Below, piece by piece: positions 13,564 through 27,079 of a stretch of 64,000 bases of DNA (positions within the stretch are counted from its first letter, which is position 1; every line of letters begins with the position of its first letter). The notes beneath the pieces are model-generated. The model ran no database searches and was not told the DNA's origin. It saw nothing but the letters and a program-made list of their open reading frames with translations. Source of the stretch: Camelus dromedarius (taxonomy: Eukaryota); assembly GCF_036321535.1 (NCBI RefSeq), contig NC_087437.1, positions 25,856,001-25,920,000 on the forward strand. The letters run 5' to 3'. A program made the translations under genes and the position numbers.

Positions 13564-14428
13564 CTGAAGCAAAAAAACAAAGAATCATTAAGATATTTGA
13601 AAACTAATTTTCTCCTATACTTAGGTACAGATATTTTCTAAGGATAGAAAATATAATACCACTTCCACACTCTCTTAAGAGCTTATATAAAGTAAAAATA
13701 GTATATAGTAACCAAAATTGCCTCTTCTAACACTAAGCATATATTTCTAGCTCAGAGAAGAACTGTAGTCATTCACGATAAATTGTTGCTTCTCTTGAGG
13801 AAGAGATGTGAAAGTAGAAGCAGCTGTATGCATAGTGATTCAGCTCCCAGGTGGAAGGAGAATTTTTTTCAAGGAAACAGGTGTTAACTTTTTATGAAGA
13901 GGACACAAAATTTTCAGATCAGTCAACAGTGATGAGTTATTTTCCAAATGCTATACAATTTCTTAACTTATTATGAATACAATATGATCTGATTAAGAGG
14001 AAAAGGAATGTTTTAAAGATAATGGAGAAAGATATTCACTGAATATGTATAAATCTGTATAGTGTGAACTAACATAATTAATAGTACTATGTTGCCAAGA
14101 AGGCACTTTCACCCTACTTTTGCAACTACAATTTATATGTATATGGAAAAGGTTTTATTAATGTCATTTTGTAAGTAATAGAAAGTACTTTGTTTTGTTT
14201 AAAATTGGTTTAAATATTTTCTCTTAGGTTTTAATCCGAAACTATCCTTTCAATTTGCTTCATTCATTTAACACCCTTGGTAAGCTCCATAAATAGTTCA
14301 AATGTAAAAAGCAGTCAAATCTATGACCTATTACTAAAGAATTCCAAGCTAGACAGATACAAATCAATGAACCTTTACTTTAATAATCTTTAAGTGTAGA
14401 TTATGGATATTGAAATATATATACGTAC

Positions 14429-14473
14429 CTTTTACTCTGATTTTAATCTCTGATTGTGTATTTTTCAGTTTGC
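14429..14473 (-). CDS. HLTF: HLTF exon 12 (KLKNTQSEIKIRVK)
   Basis: AG/GTACGT boundaries, 45 nt; preceded by an 85-nt intron. Confidence 0.9.
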
Positions 14474-14558
14474 CTAAAAACAAAACCACATATAAAATGC
14501 TCATACTAGGGAATTAAAATACAGGACACATTATTAAATCAAACTCATTTCATATTAC

Positions 14559-14638
14559 CTTTCATTTTCTGTGGCAATTCACTTGTCTCAATTTCCTCTG
14601 AGTCACTGCTTTCAGTGTACTGTATAACAGTTTTTCTC
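14559..14638 (-). CDS. HLTF: HLTF exon 11 (RKTVIQYTESSDSEEIETSELPQKMK)
   Basis: AG/GTAAT boundaries, 80 nt. Confidence 0.93.
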
Positions 14639-16197
14639 CTAAAATTAAGTATACACAAATTTTTTATCACCCAAAACAAAATGGGATATAAAAACTTACA
14701 TTTAATAAATACAATACGAATGCTTTTGTCCTGGTTTTTTTTTTTTAATTTGAAGGAAAAAAATTTTTATTTGACAAATTACAGTCAAATTTGCTAAAAG
14801 CATTTTGCTTTCACAGCCAGATGCATTCACTATAAAAAATGCAGTATTACTACCATTTTTAAAAATCTGAAAAAATACTCCATTCCAAAATAGTAATCAC
14901 TTCAACATTTTCTTCAATATTTGGTAATTCAATTAAAATGCTTATATAAAACTGGAACAAAAAAGAAATAACTGATGATCAAAGAAAACCCTCCAATATA
15001 TGAAATAAGCAGCTAAGAGGCAAAAATATAAATCTTTCACAATGAAAATTTTTATAAATTTTGTGTAGAAATAGTACAGTATAGTAGTTAAATGCCTAAG
15101 AACAATGGACTCTGGAGTAAGACTGCCTCGATTGAAATCTCCATTCCGCCACTTATCTGCCTTATTTAGGCAAGTCACCTAATATTCTTATAAACTTCAG
15201 TTTCCTCTCTTGGAAAACAGGAATAAAGATACAATCCACTTTATAGGATAAAATGTGTTATTACATGCAAAACCCCTAAAAGTGTGTGTTGCACAGTAAG
15301 TATGTATGTATTAGTTATAGTATGTGTTGGTTGTTGTTAGTTTTTCCCATGTCATCATTATTTCCATGCCCTTTGATCTGATCTGGTACACTAACAGTGC
15401 CATTACCCAGACTCACAGTCAGTTCAGAGTTGTAAGATATGAGATCTAAATGAGAGGGAAACTGATGAGTCCTAGTTTTATATTCAGTTCAGACAGATAT
15501 TAGAGCTAGAGAACAATTAACAAAACTCCAGTTTTGAGACTCTATTGGTGGAATAGCTAATAGGGATTCAGATTTGAGGTTATGCCTGCAGAAATTGATG
15601 GGGGACAATAAAACACAAAAGCCTAGTATTTAGATCTACTTCAGAGGGTAAATAAAATTCATAAACTTAACAGATTCAAGCTGAGATAAGAGGGGCATTA
15701 TGTGTTTTATTCAAATTCTCCCTCTAGTCTACATTAATATAATACTCTCCATAAATAACTTTATTATGTCTTATTTCTACTAAAGGTGAAATGAGAAAGA
15801 ACTAAGATGAGCAAAGAATGCTTTTGTCAAGCCATCCAATAAATTATTCATCAGTTCTCATCTCCTCAAATTCATAAAGAAAACTCTTCTAAACAAAACA
15901 AAACCAAACCCCAAGAGCTAGATCTTAGTTCCTACGTGAAAGAAATAGGAAAATGTCTGAAAGACAAGTGATTATTTAAAAATTATCAGTTCATCTCTTA
16001 TATGTTACTTTTTTTCACCTATAAAATGATAACAGCCTACCTGCCTAAGTCACAGTGACTTTAGCAGTTTCAAATTAAAGAATATATTTGAAAGAACTAT
16101 GTAACTGAGATAATGGTCATATCTCTCTCTTATATGTAAGAAAATGGAGAAAGAGTTTAAACATATTACATATAATCAAACCATAATAGAGTTTTAC

Positions 16198-16288
16198 CTT
16201 TTGGGGCGGGAGCTAGACAATTCTGACTTGGGATATTTATTCTTTCCCTTGTCATCTGAAATACTGGGTTCTCCACTACATCTAGATC
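16198..16288 (-). CDS. HLTF: HLTF exon 10 (GSRCSGEPSISDDKGKNKYPKSELSSSRPK)
   Basis: Acceptor ...AAATGGAAG, donor GTAAAA, 91 nt, frame preserved; acceptor position slightly uncertain. Confidence 0.88.
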
Positions 16289-17616
16289 CTTCCATTTCAA
16301 AGAAAAGGACAAATATAGAGTATTAGTAAATTGTCTTAAACTAGCAGTATCCTTCTTAAAACCTTGGTTTTCCTAACTTGATAGTTCACCGTTCTTAATA
16401 CCATCATTCCTATTCTTTCAATCAGCCAGCTGTTCTCTCTACAGCTTCCTAATATAGTATTTTTTCACTAGAAAGTACCTTCAGTTGTTTTGTATTCAGT
16501 CTTTCCCCTGTAGTCATCCAGCCAAATTTCCTGGCTGAACTTCCTGCTATACCAAGGCAGCTGAGAGCTGCCAGAAAAAAAATGAACAATAAATAAAAGT
16601 ACATTTTCCAATCTCAGCTGTCACCATGTGTCATTTGGCAATTCTTTTACCTAGCACACATCCTCCCTATCCACTCACTAGAATGATTTATACTACACTG
16701 GATCCTCTGCCTAGATTTTTAACTCCTCTTACTCCCGTTAGATGACCTACTTCACTTTACAAAGAAAATCAGATGTCATCTTCTATGAACTACCAATTTT
16801 CCTACTTTTTTATTCCCTCAATTATCTATATTTTCCCTCAACCCTACTTCCTTTCTTTCTAATGCTAACTCATATACTTGTTTTCTTGATCTCATTTCCT
16901 CCCAAATTAGGCTTACAAATTATTCTCTCCATAGTTTCCAAAATCTCTTCCTACCCATGGATTTCTTTCTTAAACCACTGCCCCCAACAACTCCCAGCTC
17001 TGTCGTCCTCTCTAACAAATTTTCTATTTTTCTCCTATCTCAAACACAGCAAAATACATAAAAGCACACAGTTGTTATTTCCAATTCTTCATCTACTAGT
17101 CTTACCTCAAAATATTTTCAGTCTTGCTCTGCTCTAACTTAATTTCTAATCTTCAGAAATTAATTTTGTGAAAGTCACTGACTGCTAAATCTAGCCAAAT
17201 ATCTGTTAAATCCAGAGATCCCTTTTCATTTCTCCTCTGACTTTAGAATTTGTCCCTAACCTATCTTTGTTTCCTTATCTGCTGTTTTTCAAGCACATTA
17301 CATTATAAATACTATACACTACTGTGAGGTCACAAAACATGTTCTATGTTTTGTTTTGTTTATAGCTGCCTTTTCATGGGATTTTTTTCCCTCAACCAAA
17401 AATACTCTTCTTCAGTTTCTCTAATATACTACTATCCAATTCCATTATCGTCTCCTTGATGAAATTTATCCTGACTACCAGTCCTCATGAGATTTTCTAA
17501 AAAAAAAAAAGAGATCTGAAATTTCTGTATTGTACAAAAGCCAGAGCTGGAATTACAATCATTAAACTGGAAAAATCTAAATCAAATATGCGGTCATGTT
17601 CAAAATTAAAGTTTAC

Positions 17617-17692
17617 CTTTAATTAGTCCATCAGCCTTTTCACTGGTATTGTTCCCTCCAAGTTTCATAGATTCATTGTAAACATTACATTC
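17617..17692 (-). CDS. HLTF: HLTF exon 9 (ECNVYNESMKLGGNNTSEKADGLIK)
   Basis: AG/GTAAAC boundaries, 76 nt. Confidence 0.93.
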
Positions 17693-20284
17693 CTGGATGA
17701 AAAGGCATATTTCTTACACAGTACTGCTGTCAGTTTCAAATAAATTTCAAATGCATCCTATTTTATAATTGCTTTACTTTACATAATAAATACTACTTAA
17801 ATTGCTACCTCATTTTGGAGCGATGTCGGGAGGTGCATTAAGAGAAAAAAATGTACAAATTGATGAAAAATTTTTTCATAGGTATCTCAAAAAAAAAAAA
17901 AAAACTAGTCCATCTTAACCTTTTCAAAAGGAATACAAAAAGGAAACCTCAATTATAAATGGTATATTAGTCACTGTGACAAACATTACTCTAGAATTAA
18001 AAGGAATTCTAAGACTACAAACTTTTAAACCAAGTCCCTACTCAGTAAATAATAGATCTTTAATGAGGCTGCCACTGACATCCTTCTTCTCTGGAATTTC
18101 CAGGGTGGGTAGACGCAAAAGTCAGGTTTCAGAGGGTCTCCTCCCTTACTCTATCAGGGATTTTCCTGCCAACCCTGGCTTTTTCCTTTTCCCTTCATAC
18201 GTTCTCCCTTGTTTCAAAATAGACCTATGCATATGTGAGTGAGTATAAAAACTTTTATTAAAGTAAAATTTTATACTTCTTTGTGAAAATATTTTCAACT
18301 GAGTTAGTAGGGCAGGGTTCCTCCAATCTTATTTTTAATTCTTGACTTGATTCCCTAGGTAGGAATGACAAATAAAATTGTGTTTAATCAATTTTTCCAG
18401 TTTAAAAAGAAAGGTAAGTCATATTGTAAAAGGTAGGTCATATTGTGAATCAAAACCTCAGAATGGAGTTTGGGATTGGTTGGCAGGAGTACAAAGTAAG
18501 TTTTGCTAAGAATTAAGGCTAATAAAGGATATCTGATTTTAGTTTCTGAAAAAATAGAATTGTAAATGTTTTATAAAATCCCATTAGAGTTCACATTTTA
18601 CTAAAAATATGGTTGAAAAAATACGGCATGAGTCTAAATAAGTTAAAAATCAAAGATACATCATTTTTAGATATGTAACTAGAAGATTTAGATAATTAAT
18701 GTTTTAAAGCATTAGCTCCAAGAAACTGATGTTAAAAATGCCTTTCATCAAACATTCTACTCAGCCTTCCCCAATAAGCAGTAAAATCATTTACATTAAA
18801 CAGCATGTAAAAATAATTTAAGAATTTATCCACAAATAAAGGGTGTCCCTCTACATTATTCTTTTCATATTAAATGATTTTGCTCAGCAAGCCTTTTCTT
18901 CATAGAGTTCAAAGATATATGTATTTGTAATAAAGTCCAACCTATTAAATCATACTATGCTCCAATCTCATGGAATTTAAATCAGTAACATTTCACTCTG
19001 TAAGTTTAGCATATCCAAATCTATTTGAATTAATGAAATATTTGCTGTAATAAATGCTTAGTTGGAAATGACATTTCAGCCTCAATTTCAACCAATGCAG
19101 CAAATTATCCTAAAATCTTTCTACTACATAACACCTTAAATGCCTGGTTGATCTTGTGGAAAAAAAGGGAAAGCCTTACTGATAATAGATAATTTTTAAA
19201 TTGATAACTGACAATGAAGCTATAAATAGTCTTAGGTGCTATTCTTCAGTTTTAACAATCAAATGTAGAAAGAAAAGGATGTAAAGAACTGGACTATTTA
19301 TTTGGGGTAAGGAATTGAATCTCAGACGTTAATAGCAGTGTTAAATGCCTAATAAAAGTACAAAGAAGGAAATGCAACTAAATGCAGAAATCAATAAAGT
19401 AGAATCTTAATAAATAGTGGCTGGAAAATGATGTGCAGTATCTTTGGAAGCTGAAGTATCATAAGAACAGCAGTAAACTCCAAAAAAGAGATATTTTGCA
19501 CATGCTTTTCACTTAGTTATTTCCTACTTTAAGTTCTTTGAATTTTCAGCTGAGAATGAAGAATAACTGTTTCATTCTAGTAACATTTATTTTTCCCAGA
19601 AAATTAACTATTAACTCTTAGAAACCAAATATAAATACATTATGTATATATATCCTATAAATAAAAATATACATAAGCTAAGTATCAGTAACAGTCACCC
19701 ATACTCTCATCACTAGGACATAATTATCACTATTAATATTTTGGCACATATAGTATGTGTGATTAAACTTAGACAGATATAAACATGTACTTACAAAATG
19801 AGGACTCAAATTCTATACACACATGTATGCATCTTTTTTTAATTAAAAAATATCATGAAAGTATTCTTCAAAAATAGGATTTTGTAGTTTCATAGTACTG
19901 AATTTTATGGCTATATCATAATTTAACTGTTATCTTACTGAGAGATGTTTCTTTTCTGCCTTTAAAATAATGCTGGGGGAAAAGACTCACATTATTTTTC
20001 TCTTAGGAAAAATGGATTTCTGGTAACTTTTTAGATAGTTTCTTTGAAATGGCATTACTGAGTCAAAGATTATAAACACTTTTAAGGTTTTTGATACACG
20101 TTACTAAATTGCCTGCCAGAATGTGGTATAAACTTTCACTCTTATCAGCAACACACAAGAAAGGCCATTTATTACATCTCTAAAAATCGGATATTATCAA
20201 TTTTTTGACAATTATTTTTAATGACAAAATTGAAAGGTTATACAATAAACCAGAGACTTTAGAAAAAACACACTAATACTTTAC

Positions 20285-20377
20285 CTTCTTCAGATTTTTT
20301 TTAGTTCTTTCAACAGGAAGACATTTGCCATCATGGAAGTTGGTAAGAATCACTGCAATGGCTGTCAGAGTTTTGCC
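20285..20377 (-). CDS. HLTF: HLTF exon 8 (GKTLTAIAVILTNFHDGKCLPVERTKKNLKK), completes Walker A GLGKT
   Basis: AG/GTAA boundaries, 93 nt. Confidence 0.95.
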
Positions 20378-20957
20378 CTTTAAAATGTTTTACAAAGACA
20401 AATTGTCAGATTCTGAAACCCAGTTGACCAGAGAGCATTCCAAAATTGATTTTAAAATCAAGTAAGAAAATATCAGACAGCATTCAAGTGTGCTAATTAT
20501 TATATTAAATAATATACATATTAATGAAAATTGATTAAGTTAGGAAATGCTTTACTACACTGTAATTACTAGGAGTTATTAAATAATTTAGTCCGTAACT
20601 AGTATAAGCATCTGTGAGAAATCTCATTTTATTGAATGACTGCCATTTTAAGATTTCACATTTAACCCTGAACTAAACTTTATCATGAAACCAAAACTAT
20701 TTGTTTGCCATATAATTCAGAGCTAACTTAAAATGATTACTAATTTCAGTATGAATATAAGATAATTATTTCATTAAATTTTATTTAAAGATAATTCTAA
20801 GACTTAGGCTATATCTTACCAATAAAGCATAAAGGACATATTTCTTGTGTAAAAATCTTTTCTTAAATGAAAACATGAAATTTTTCGTTATTTTCCATAG
20901 CTAAATTTATACTTCGCAACACAGAAATAAATCTGTCAGTTTTAAAACAGTGTAAAG

Positions 20958-22263
20958 CAGCAGTTTTCAAAGTATGGTCCACAGGTCCTAGAGGTTCCTC
21001 AGGACTCTTTCAGGAGTATATGCAGTCAAAACTGTTTTGACGCTACTAAAGACCTTGTTTGTGTTGGTATCTGTAGTGATTCCACAAAAAACAATGGTGG
21101 TAAAACTGCTCCTACCTTAGCATGAAACAAAGCAGCTGGGACAACTGCATTTTTAACCACCACATATAGTAAAAACAAACAGCTTCACTTTAAGAATGTT
21201 CTTGATAAAGCAGCACATATTCATTTTATCAAGTCACCTCTTAAATACATACCTTTTTAATATTCTGTATAACAAGAGGGGAAGTACACAACATACTTAT
21301 TTTGCATGCCAAAATATGAAGGTTATTTAGAGAAAAATCACTTGTGAGACTGAACTGCAGGTTCAACTAGCTACTATGCATCACCATGCATCATCACTTT
21401 TCAAGTACCATCATTTTAACTTGAAAGACTGACAGCTAGTTATTTATAACTAAGTGGCAGACATTTTCTTGAAAAATGAATAAAGTGAGGCTATCAACTT
21501 CAAGGGAAACAACTGACAGTATCTGTTGTTAATGATAAAATTTGAGCTTCCAAGCAAAAATGAGAATGTTAGAAAACTTGTATCCAATACTACAAGCATA
21601 GAAGCTTCCCAAATATAAATGCCTTTCTCATAAGATCAGCAGTACTATCAATGAACGTACTTTTTTTATATTGTTTGATGAAATAAATCAATATTTGGCA
21701 GATTTGTGTAACTCAGTGAACCAGTATTTTACAACTGAGTAATACGTAATGTCACAAAATCAAGCACAGGTAAAATATCCATTCAATGTGCAAGCTACAG
21801 CAGTGGATTTTAATGGAACAGGGTATAAAAAGTTCATTGATAGGATTTCTAAGTCCCACATTATAACTATTAACCTTTAATAAACTAATACTAATTTTAC
21901 TGTTGTATCAAAGACGATCTAGTTATCTAAAAAGGGTATTAAGATACTCCTTCCTTTTCCAACTAGAAATCTGTGAGAGGACTAATTTTCTTTACATTAA
22001 AGAGATCTGTAAAAATGTTCAACAATGCCAGTCTTCTCATCAAAATTGCTTTTGTTTCAGAGTATTTTTCATTTTAAAATGTTATTTCTGTTAACAAGTA
22101 ATGAGCTTATTTTAAAAATAATAATCAAAAAGTTTAATACCTAATACTATAAATATCAATAAATATATTAATAGAGATAACCCACAAAAACAAAGGCTCT
22201 TTGGGATCCTCAATTTCTAAGAACATAAAGGACTGCTGAGACCAAAAAGTATAAAAACTGCTG
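20958..22263. mobile_element. hAT-Charlie DNA transposon (Charlie1a-like), non-autonomous
   Basis: Terminal inverted repeats CAGCAGTTTT...AAAACTGCTG; decayed 8-bp TSD (GTGTAAAG/ATATAAGG). Confidence 0.75.
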
Positions 22264-22577
22264 ATATAAGGAATTATATCTTTCCTTTGAGAAGACTCAT
22301 GAAAGTTAAGTTACCTTGAATTTCAAAAGAAAACTGAGAAACATGTTTATATCATTACTGCTAATTATTTTAATTGTACCATAAGCAAACAAACCAAAAG
22401 AAAAAAAAAAAGCTTAGCATTATTTTAAGTTAAAACTGTGGAAAATTGTTCTACATAAACAGTGAAATCTAATCCCCAACTGGTGCCAACATATCCCTAT
22501 CTCTACCTACTTCAAAATTATTTCCTATAAAATCTTAGTTGCAAAATAAAATATTAACTTGAGAAAAAAATAATTAC

Positions 22578-22769
22578 CAAACCCATATCATCAGCTAAAA
22601 TTCCTCCATGAACATTTTCTGGTCGGTCCTTCTCAGAAAAATTTGTTATTGTGTTATAGTATACGTCACTTCGTTGTTCCCAGAATGGTGGAAGTTCTTC
22701 ACTGTTTTCCCGTGAAATCATCCAAGCTAGAGCTTGTTTTTGATGTGGAAGCAACGGTGTTTCAACAGC
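22578..22769 (-). CDS. HLTF: HLTF exon 7 (AVETPLLPHQKQALAWM...GGILADDMGL), SNF2 ATPase Q motif and start of motif I
   Basis: AG/GTAATT boundaries, 192 nt; overlaps ORF 22554..22754. Confidence 0.97.
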
Positions 22770-22931
22770 CTATAAATAAAAGAAATGTCATACACAGAAA
22801 TATAATCAGCCCTTTCTTTTTCCCCCATGCGGAATCTGGAAAATAATTGATCTTATGATTAAAAAATGAATAGATTAACACCATATTTTAAAATTTCAAA
22901 TAGTTTGAAATAGGAAATGCTGGATCAGTAC

Positions 22932-23006
22932 CTCAGCTGGTTCCATTTCATGAGTTTTATCATCCTCTTTTAAATCTTCAAACAATTTGTCAAATTCTGT
23001 TTTAAG
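22932..23006 (-). CDS. HLTF: HLTF exon 6 (LKTEFDKLFEDLKEDDKTHEMEPAE)
   Basis: AG/GT boundaries, 75 nt. Confidence 0.95.
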
Positions 23007-24273
23007 CTACAACAAATAGCAAGAAGAAACATTATCAAACAAACCAATTAAAATAATATTTGCAGTCAATTAAGATTTCAAATCATTTAATTAAATAAAA
23101 GTCAAATATCAAAAGGTACATAAATAATTCTTTGAGATACTACACTGCTCAATAAAGGTAGAATAAGTAAGTCCTTTAGGTAACTGTTACAAGAATTGTA
23201 AATCCTGAATTTCAGTCACAGCTCTGTCATAAATAAACTAATATGTAACTTTGGGCAAAACACTTAACCTTTATGGCTCTGTACCTTATTCCTGCAAAAT
23301 GAAAGGGATGAACTAGATTTAGAGTGTCTTTAAGGTTCCTTCTGTCACTGAAATTCTGTGATTCTATTAGCTGTATTCAAACCATTTTGACAAGATTATA
23401 CCAGGTATTTTCAAGTTTTTCAAACAAATGACATTTCACTTATAATTACTACAAATCAAGAACTAGCTATGTGCTACAAAATATTACAATGACTTCAATC
23501 TTATGCTAATTTAGCTGGTTCTTTAAATTAATCTAGTCCAATTTTATAGTAACATATATGCATTATAATTCCTTTTGTAAATTAGCAAATAAATACATAG
23601 CAGCAGCCCAGAAGAAATCAGGCCAAGTCTAAAAAGTGAGGAGAGGTTATCTGGGTTTTACTCACCAGACACAGGCTCAAGCCCTTCTAACAATGAGCAG
23701 GGAAAACATAGTAACTATAATTAGTATATAAAAAGGCTAACATTGATAAGTAGAGACAAAAACATCTTTGATGTAATTTGTAGATTGATCTGCATTAATT
23801 TATTTTATACCCTTTTTCCCCCTCAAACTAACCCAACATAACAGTAGCCTGAATTACAAAGTAGACAAGAAACAGACTAAGGCCAAAGATTTGGAACAAA
23901 TTTTTTTAGCACGGCATTTGCAATCTTACTGAAAGGAGTATGCTTCAAGTTTCATTTAAAAAAAAAATATGGACATTTAAAAAACTTCAAATAATATAAA
24001 AATATCAAAACATGGTAAAACATCCTAGGCATATACAGCAATGTGTGTGTTTTAATGTATGTATGAATGAGTGTGCACGGTGGATATATTCCTTATCACT
24101 GCTTTCTTTCTACATAAATGTTTGCAATATATTTTATTTATTCTGCATGTTTCAAAACTTAATATATCTAAAGATTACTAATACTAGCATATACATATTT
24201 ATCTTATATTTTAAACATTAATCTTCAACATTTAAAATTCACTTTTAGATAACAAAATGAAAGAGAAGTACAC

Positions 24274-24371
24274 CTGTTCAGTTGTCATCTGTACTGCAGC
24301 ATGAACTGGCATACTATAGCTTGGTCCAGCTCTTCCAGAGCCCCAACCACTTTCCAAACTGAATCCTAAAG
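24274..24371 (-). CDS. HLTF: HLTF exon 5 (LGFSLESGWGSGRAGPSYSMPVHAAVQMTTEQ)
   Basis: AG/GT boundaries, 98 nt, phase-compatible. Confidence 0.95.
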
Positions 24372-24932
24372 CTACAATTTACAAAACGAAAAGAATAAAA
24401 TCACCAAATGAAATAAATTATCTTTTAGTAAATAGCTTTTAAAGCTTATATAATAAGCTTAATTTAAAATTCCCTGAATATATTTAAGAAAAATTTTAAA
24501 GCTAAATCTCCTAAGTCATTCAAAAAAATACATTAAAAGAATTCCATATTATTTGAACAAACTCTTAAAAAACAAATAATACTTTTTCATTCTCTATTGG
24601 AAGATTCTTTTTATCTCTAATTTATTGAAAAGAATGTTTAAAATCAGGGATTTCCAGATATTATCATTGGGGGAAATTTAGGGGCGGAAATCCAGGACCT
24701 CCTTGTACATTTTTCTGTGTATGTGTGCAACCTCTTATGAATCTATAGTTATTTCAAAATAAAGAAAAAAATTCAAGGATTTCCTTTAAAACAGTTTAAA
24801 GAAAGAACTTGGAGCCTTCAGCACAAAATAGTTTAGCCAACCAAACTCAAAGTATCAGTCAAGAGAATAAATGTTTTACAATTTCCTTATCTTACAATAT
24901 CAAAATAATAGTAGGTTTAACCCTAAACTTAC

Positions 24933-25066
24933 TTTTTGGTGCAGGACCCAATTTAAATCCATGTTTCTTCAACTGATCTAAAACTGCTTTTCTATTTTCT
25001 TCTTTTCCCCAAAAGGTCATATGCAGAGGCATGGTAAAAGCATTGTTTGCACCAAAAGGAACTACC
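24933..25066 (-). CDS. HLTF: HLTF exon 4 (VVPFGANNAFTMPLHMTFWGKEENRK...)
   Basis: AG/GTAAGT boundaries, 134 nt, phase-compatible. Confidence 0.95.
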
Positions 25067-26275
25067 CTATTATAATTGAGATGGAAAAAAAAAAAAAGAG
25101 AGAGAAATTAGAAGTGCTATTTTTTACATTTAATTTTCAGTCCCATTAAGAATCTGTTAAATAAATGTCACATTCAAATTTTGCATGTAAGTAAAACAGA
25201 AAGGAACTAGTTGGGAAGGCCAGAAAAGATAGCTTAAAAAGGACATGGAATATCACCATCAACAGAGAAGAAAAGGGTGTTTTTTAGGATCAGAATGTCA
25301 GAAGAAACTGAGATGAGATAAAAGTGTTTAAATACACAGATAACTTATTACCAAGACTGCAACATAGGTGAAACAGTAAGTTTAATTAAGAAGGTAGAGC
25401 TTCCACGAACAGAACCACTCAGTGCAGCAACCCATTTTGGGAGAATGGGGAATGATTTGCAAGAACTACTTCTGATACAAGATTCACTAAAAGTTCACTC
25501 TCAATATCTGAAAAACTTGATGAAATGAGAAAGGAGACAACAAATAAACAAATGAGACGACACTGCTGAGTATCTTCAAATTTACCTTTTTATATCCTAA
25601 ACATCTTAAACATCCTGCATTTAAACTGAGATCACAAACACAAATGCATAAAAGAGAAAAGGTAACCAAGAGAGTTTTAAAAAAGGAACAGGTAGTAGAA
25701 CTAAGACAACTGCTGTTACTCAGCTCCGGTCAACTGACATTACGTGGAGATGAGTATCCTGCATCACTAGATCTTCCCTTTGTCAAGAGAAATCTTTGTA
25801 AATAATTCTTTATAATTAGGTAAAAAAATCAGTGTGTATAAAATGTAGAATATCTGGAATATTGGAAATAAATGAAAAACATTTTAAACACTATGTAGGC
25901 AAAATCAAACTCATCTACCTACATCTGATAACAGGCTATCAGTTTACAACCCCTGATTTAAACAAACACTTCCAAACTTCTCAAGTAAATGCACTAAAAG
26001 GCTTTTTAAAGAAGCTTTTTCTTAAAAGATGGTGTGGACTTTCTAATAATTGAAGCAAAGTCTATTTTTCTCCATGATAACAATCTACCAGGAAAGTGAG
26101 GGCATAACTTTTCATGGCTAAGGTAGTAGAGACAAATGAAAGGAGAACTAAAACATTTATTGCATACATAGTAAAGGTACAGTGACAAAAGTTGTCAGGG
26201 CTACTATATAGACCCTTAAATTCAAAGATCACTACAACTCAAAATTATTAAAACTCAACTCCAAAAGTGCATTAC

Positions 26276-26442
26276 CCTTCAATTTGTGCCAATTTGTTGT
26301 CCATGATATAAGCCAAAGCAGCTGCAAGATCTTTCTTTAAATGGCCAACCTGATTTCCATTCACATTGTTTACTTTAATTGCATTCTTATCATAGGGGTT
26401 ATTGGGCTCTCGTTGTAATGCAACCATTTCGTTATTATTAAC
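26276..26442 (-). CDS. HLTF: HLTF exon 3 (VNNNEMVALQREPNNPYDKNAIKV...), HIRAN
   Basis: AG/GTAAT boundaries, 167 nt, HIRAN motif REPNNPYDKNAI. Confidence 0.96.
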
Positions 26443-27079
26443 CTAATAAAAATAATAAACAGATATTATTAGAAATAAACATATGACAGCTTTCTTCATC
26501 ACACTTTATCAGGGATTTCCATTCATTTTTTAATGTTTACTATATCACACTGCATGTAAGAAAACACATGTTCTTGGGCTCATTTCTATAAAAATATTAA
26601 AGAATATATTTTACAATAATTCTTTTACACTATTTTCCTAATTTACATTCATTAGGAAGTTAACAAATCCTTGGTATATAAAAGATACACTCAAAACTAC
26701 CAGATTCACATTAACTACAACAGTCAACATTATAACTTCTGAAAACAAGTAATCCCTTGAATGCTCGCTCTATGTCAAACATTGTTCTAAGTACATTACA
26801 TAGATTGACTTTTAAAAATGTTACAGCCCTACTGGTAGATACTATGATTATCTCCATTTTACATATGAAGACACTAAAGCACTGAAAAGTTAAGTAACTT
26901 GCCCAAGTCATAAAGCTAATAAACAGGAGAATTAGGATTTGAATCCAAGCAGGCTGGTTCCTGAACCGAAATTCTCCAGAATCTGAAAGGGGTAAAAGGC
27001 ATTAATTATAAGTCAGAATGGAACACATCCAGCCTTCAACTCATGCAATTCTCTGATTCCACTTGATTAAAAACTACCT

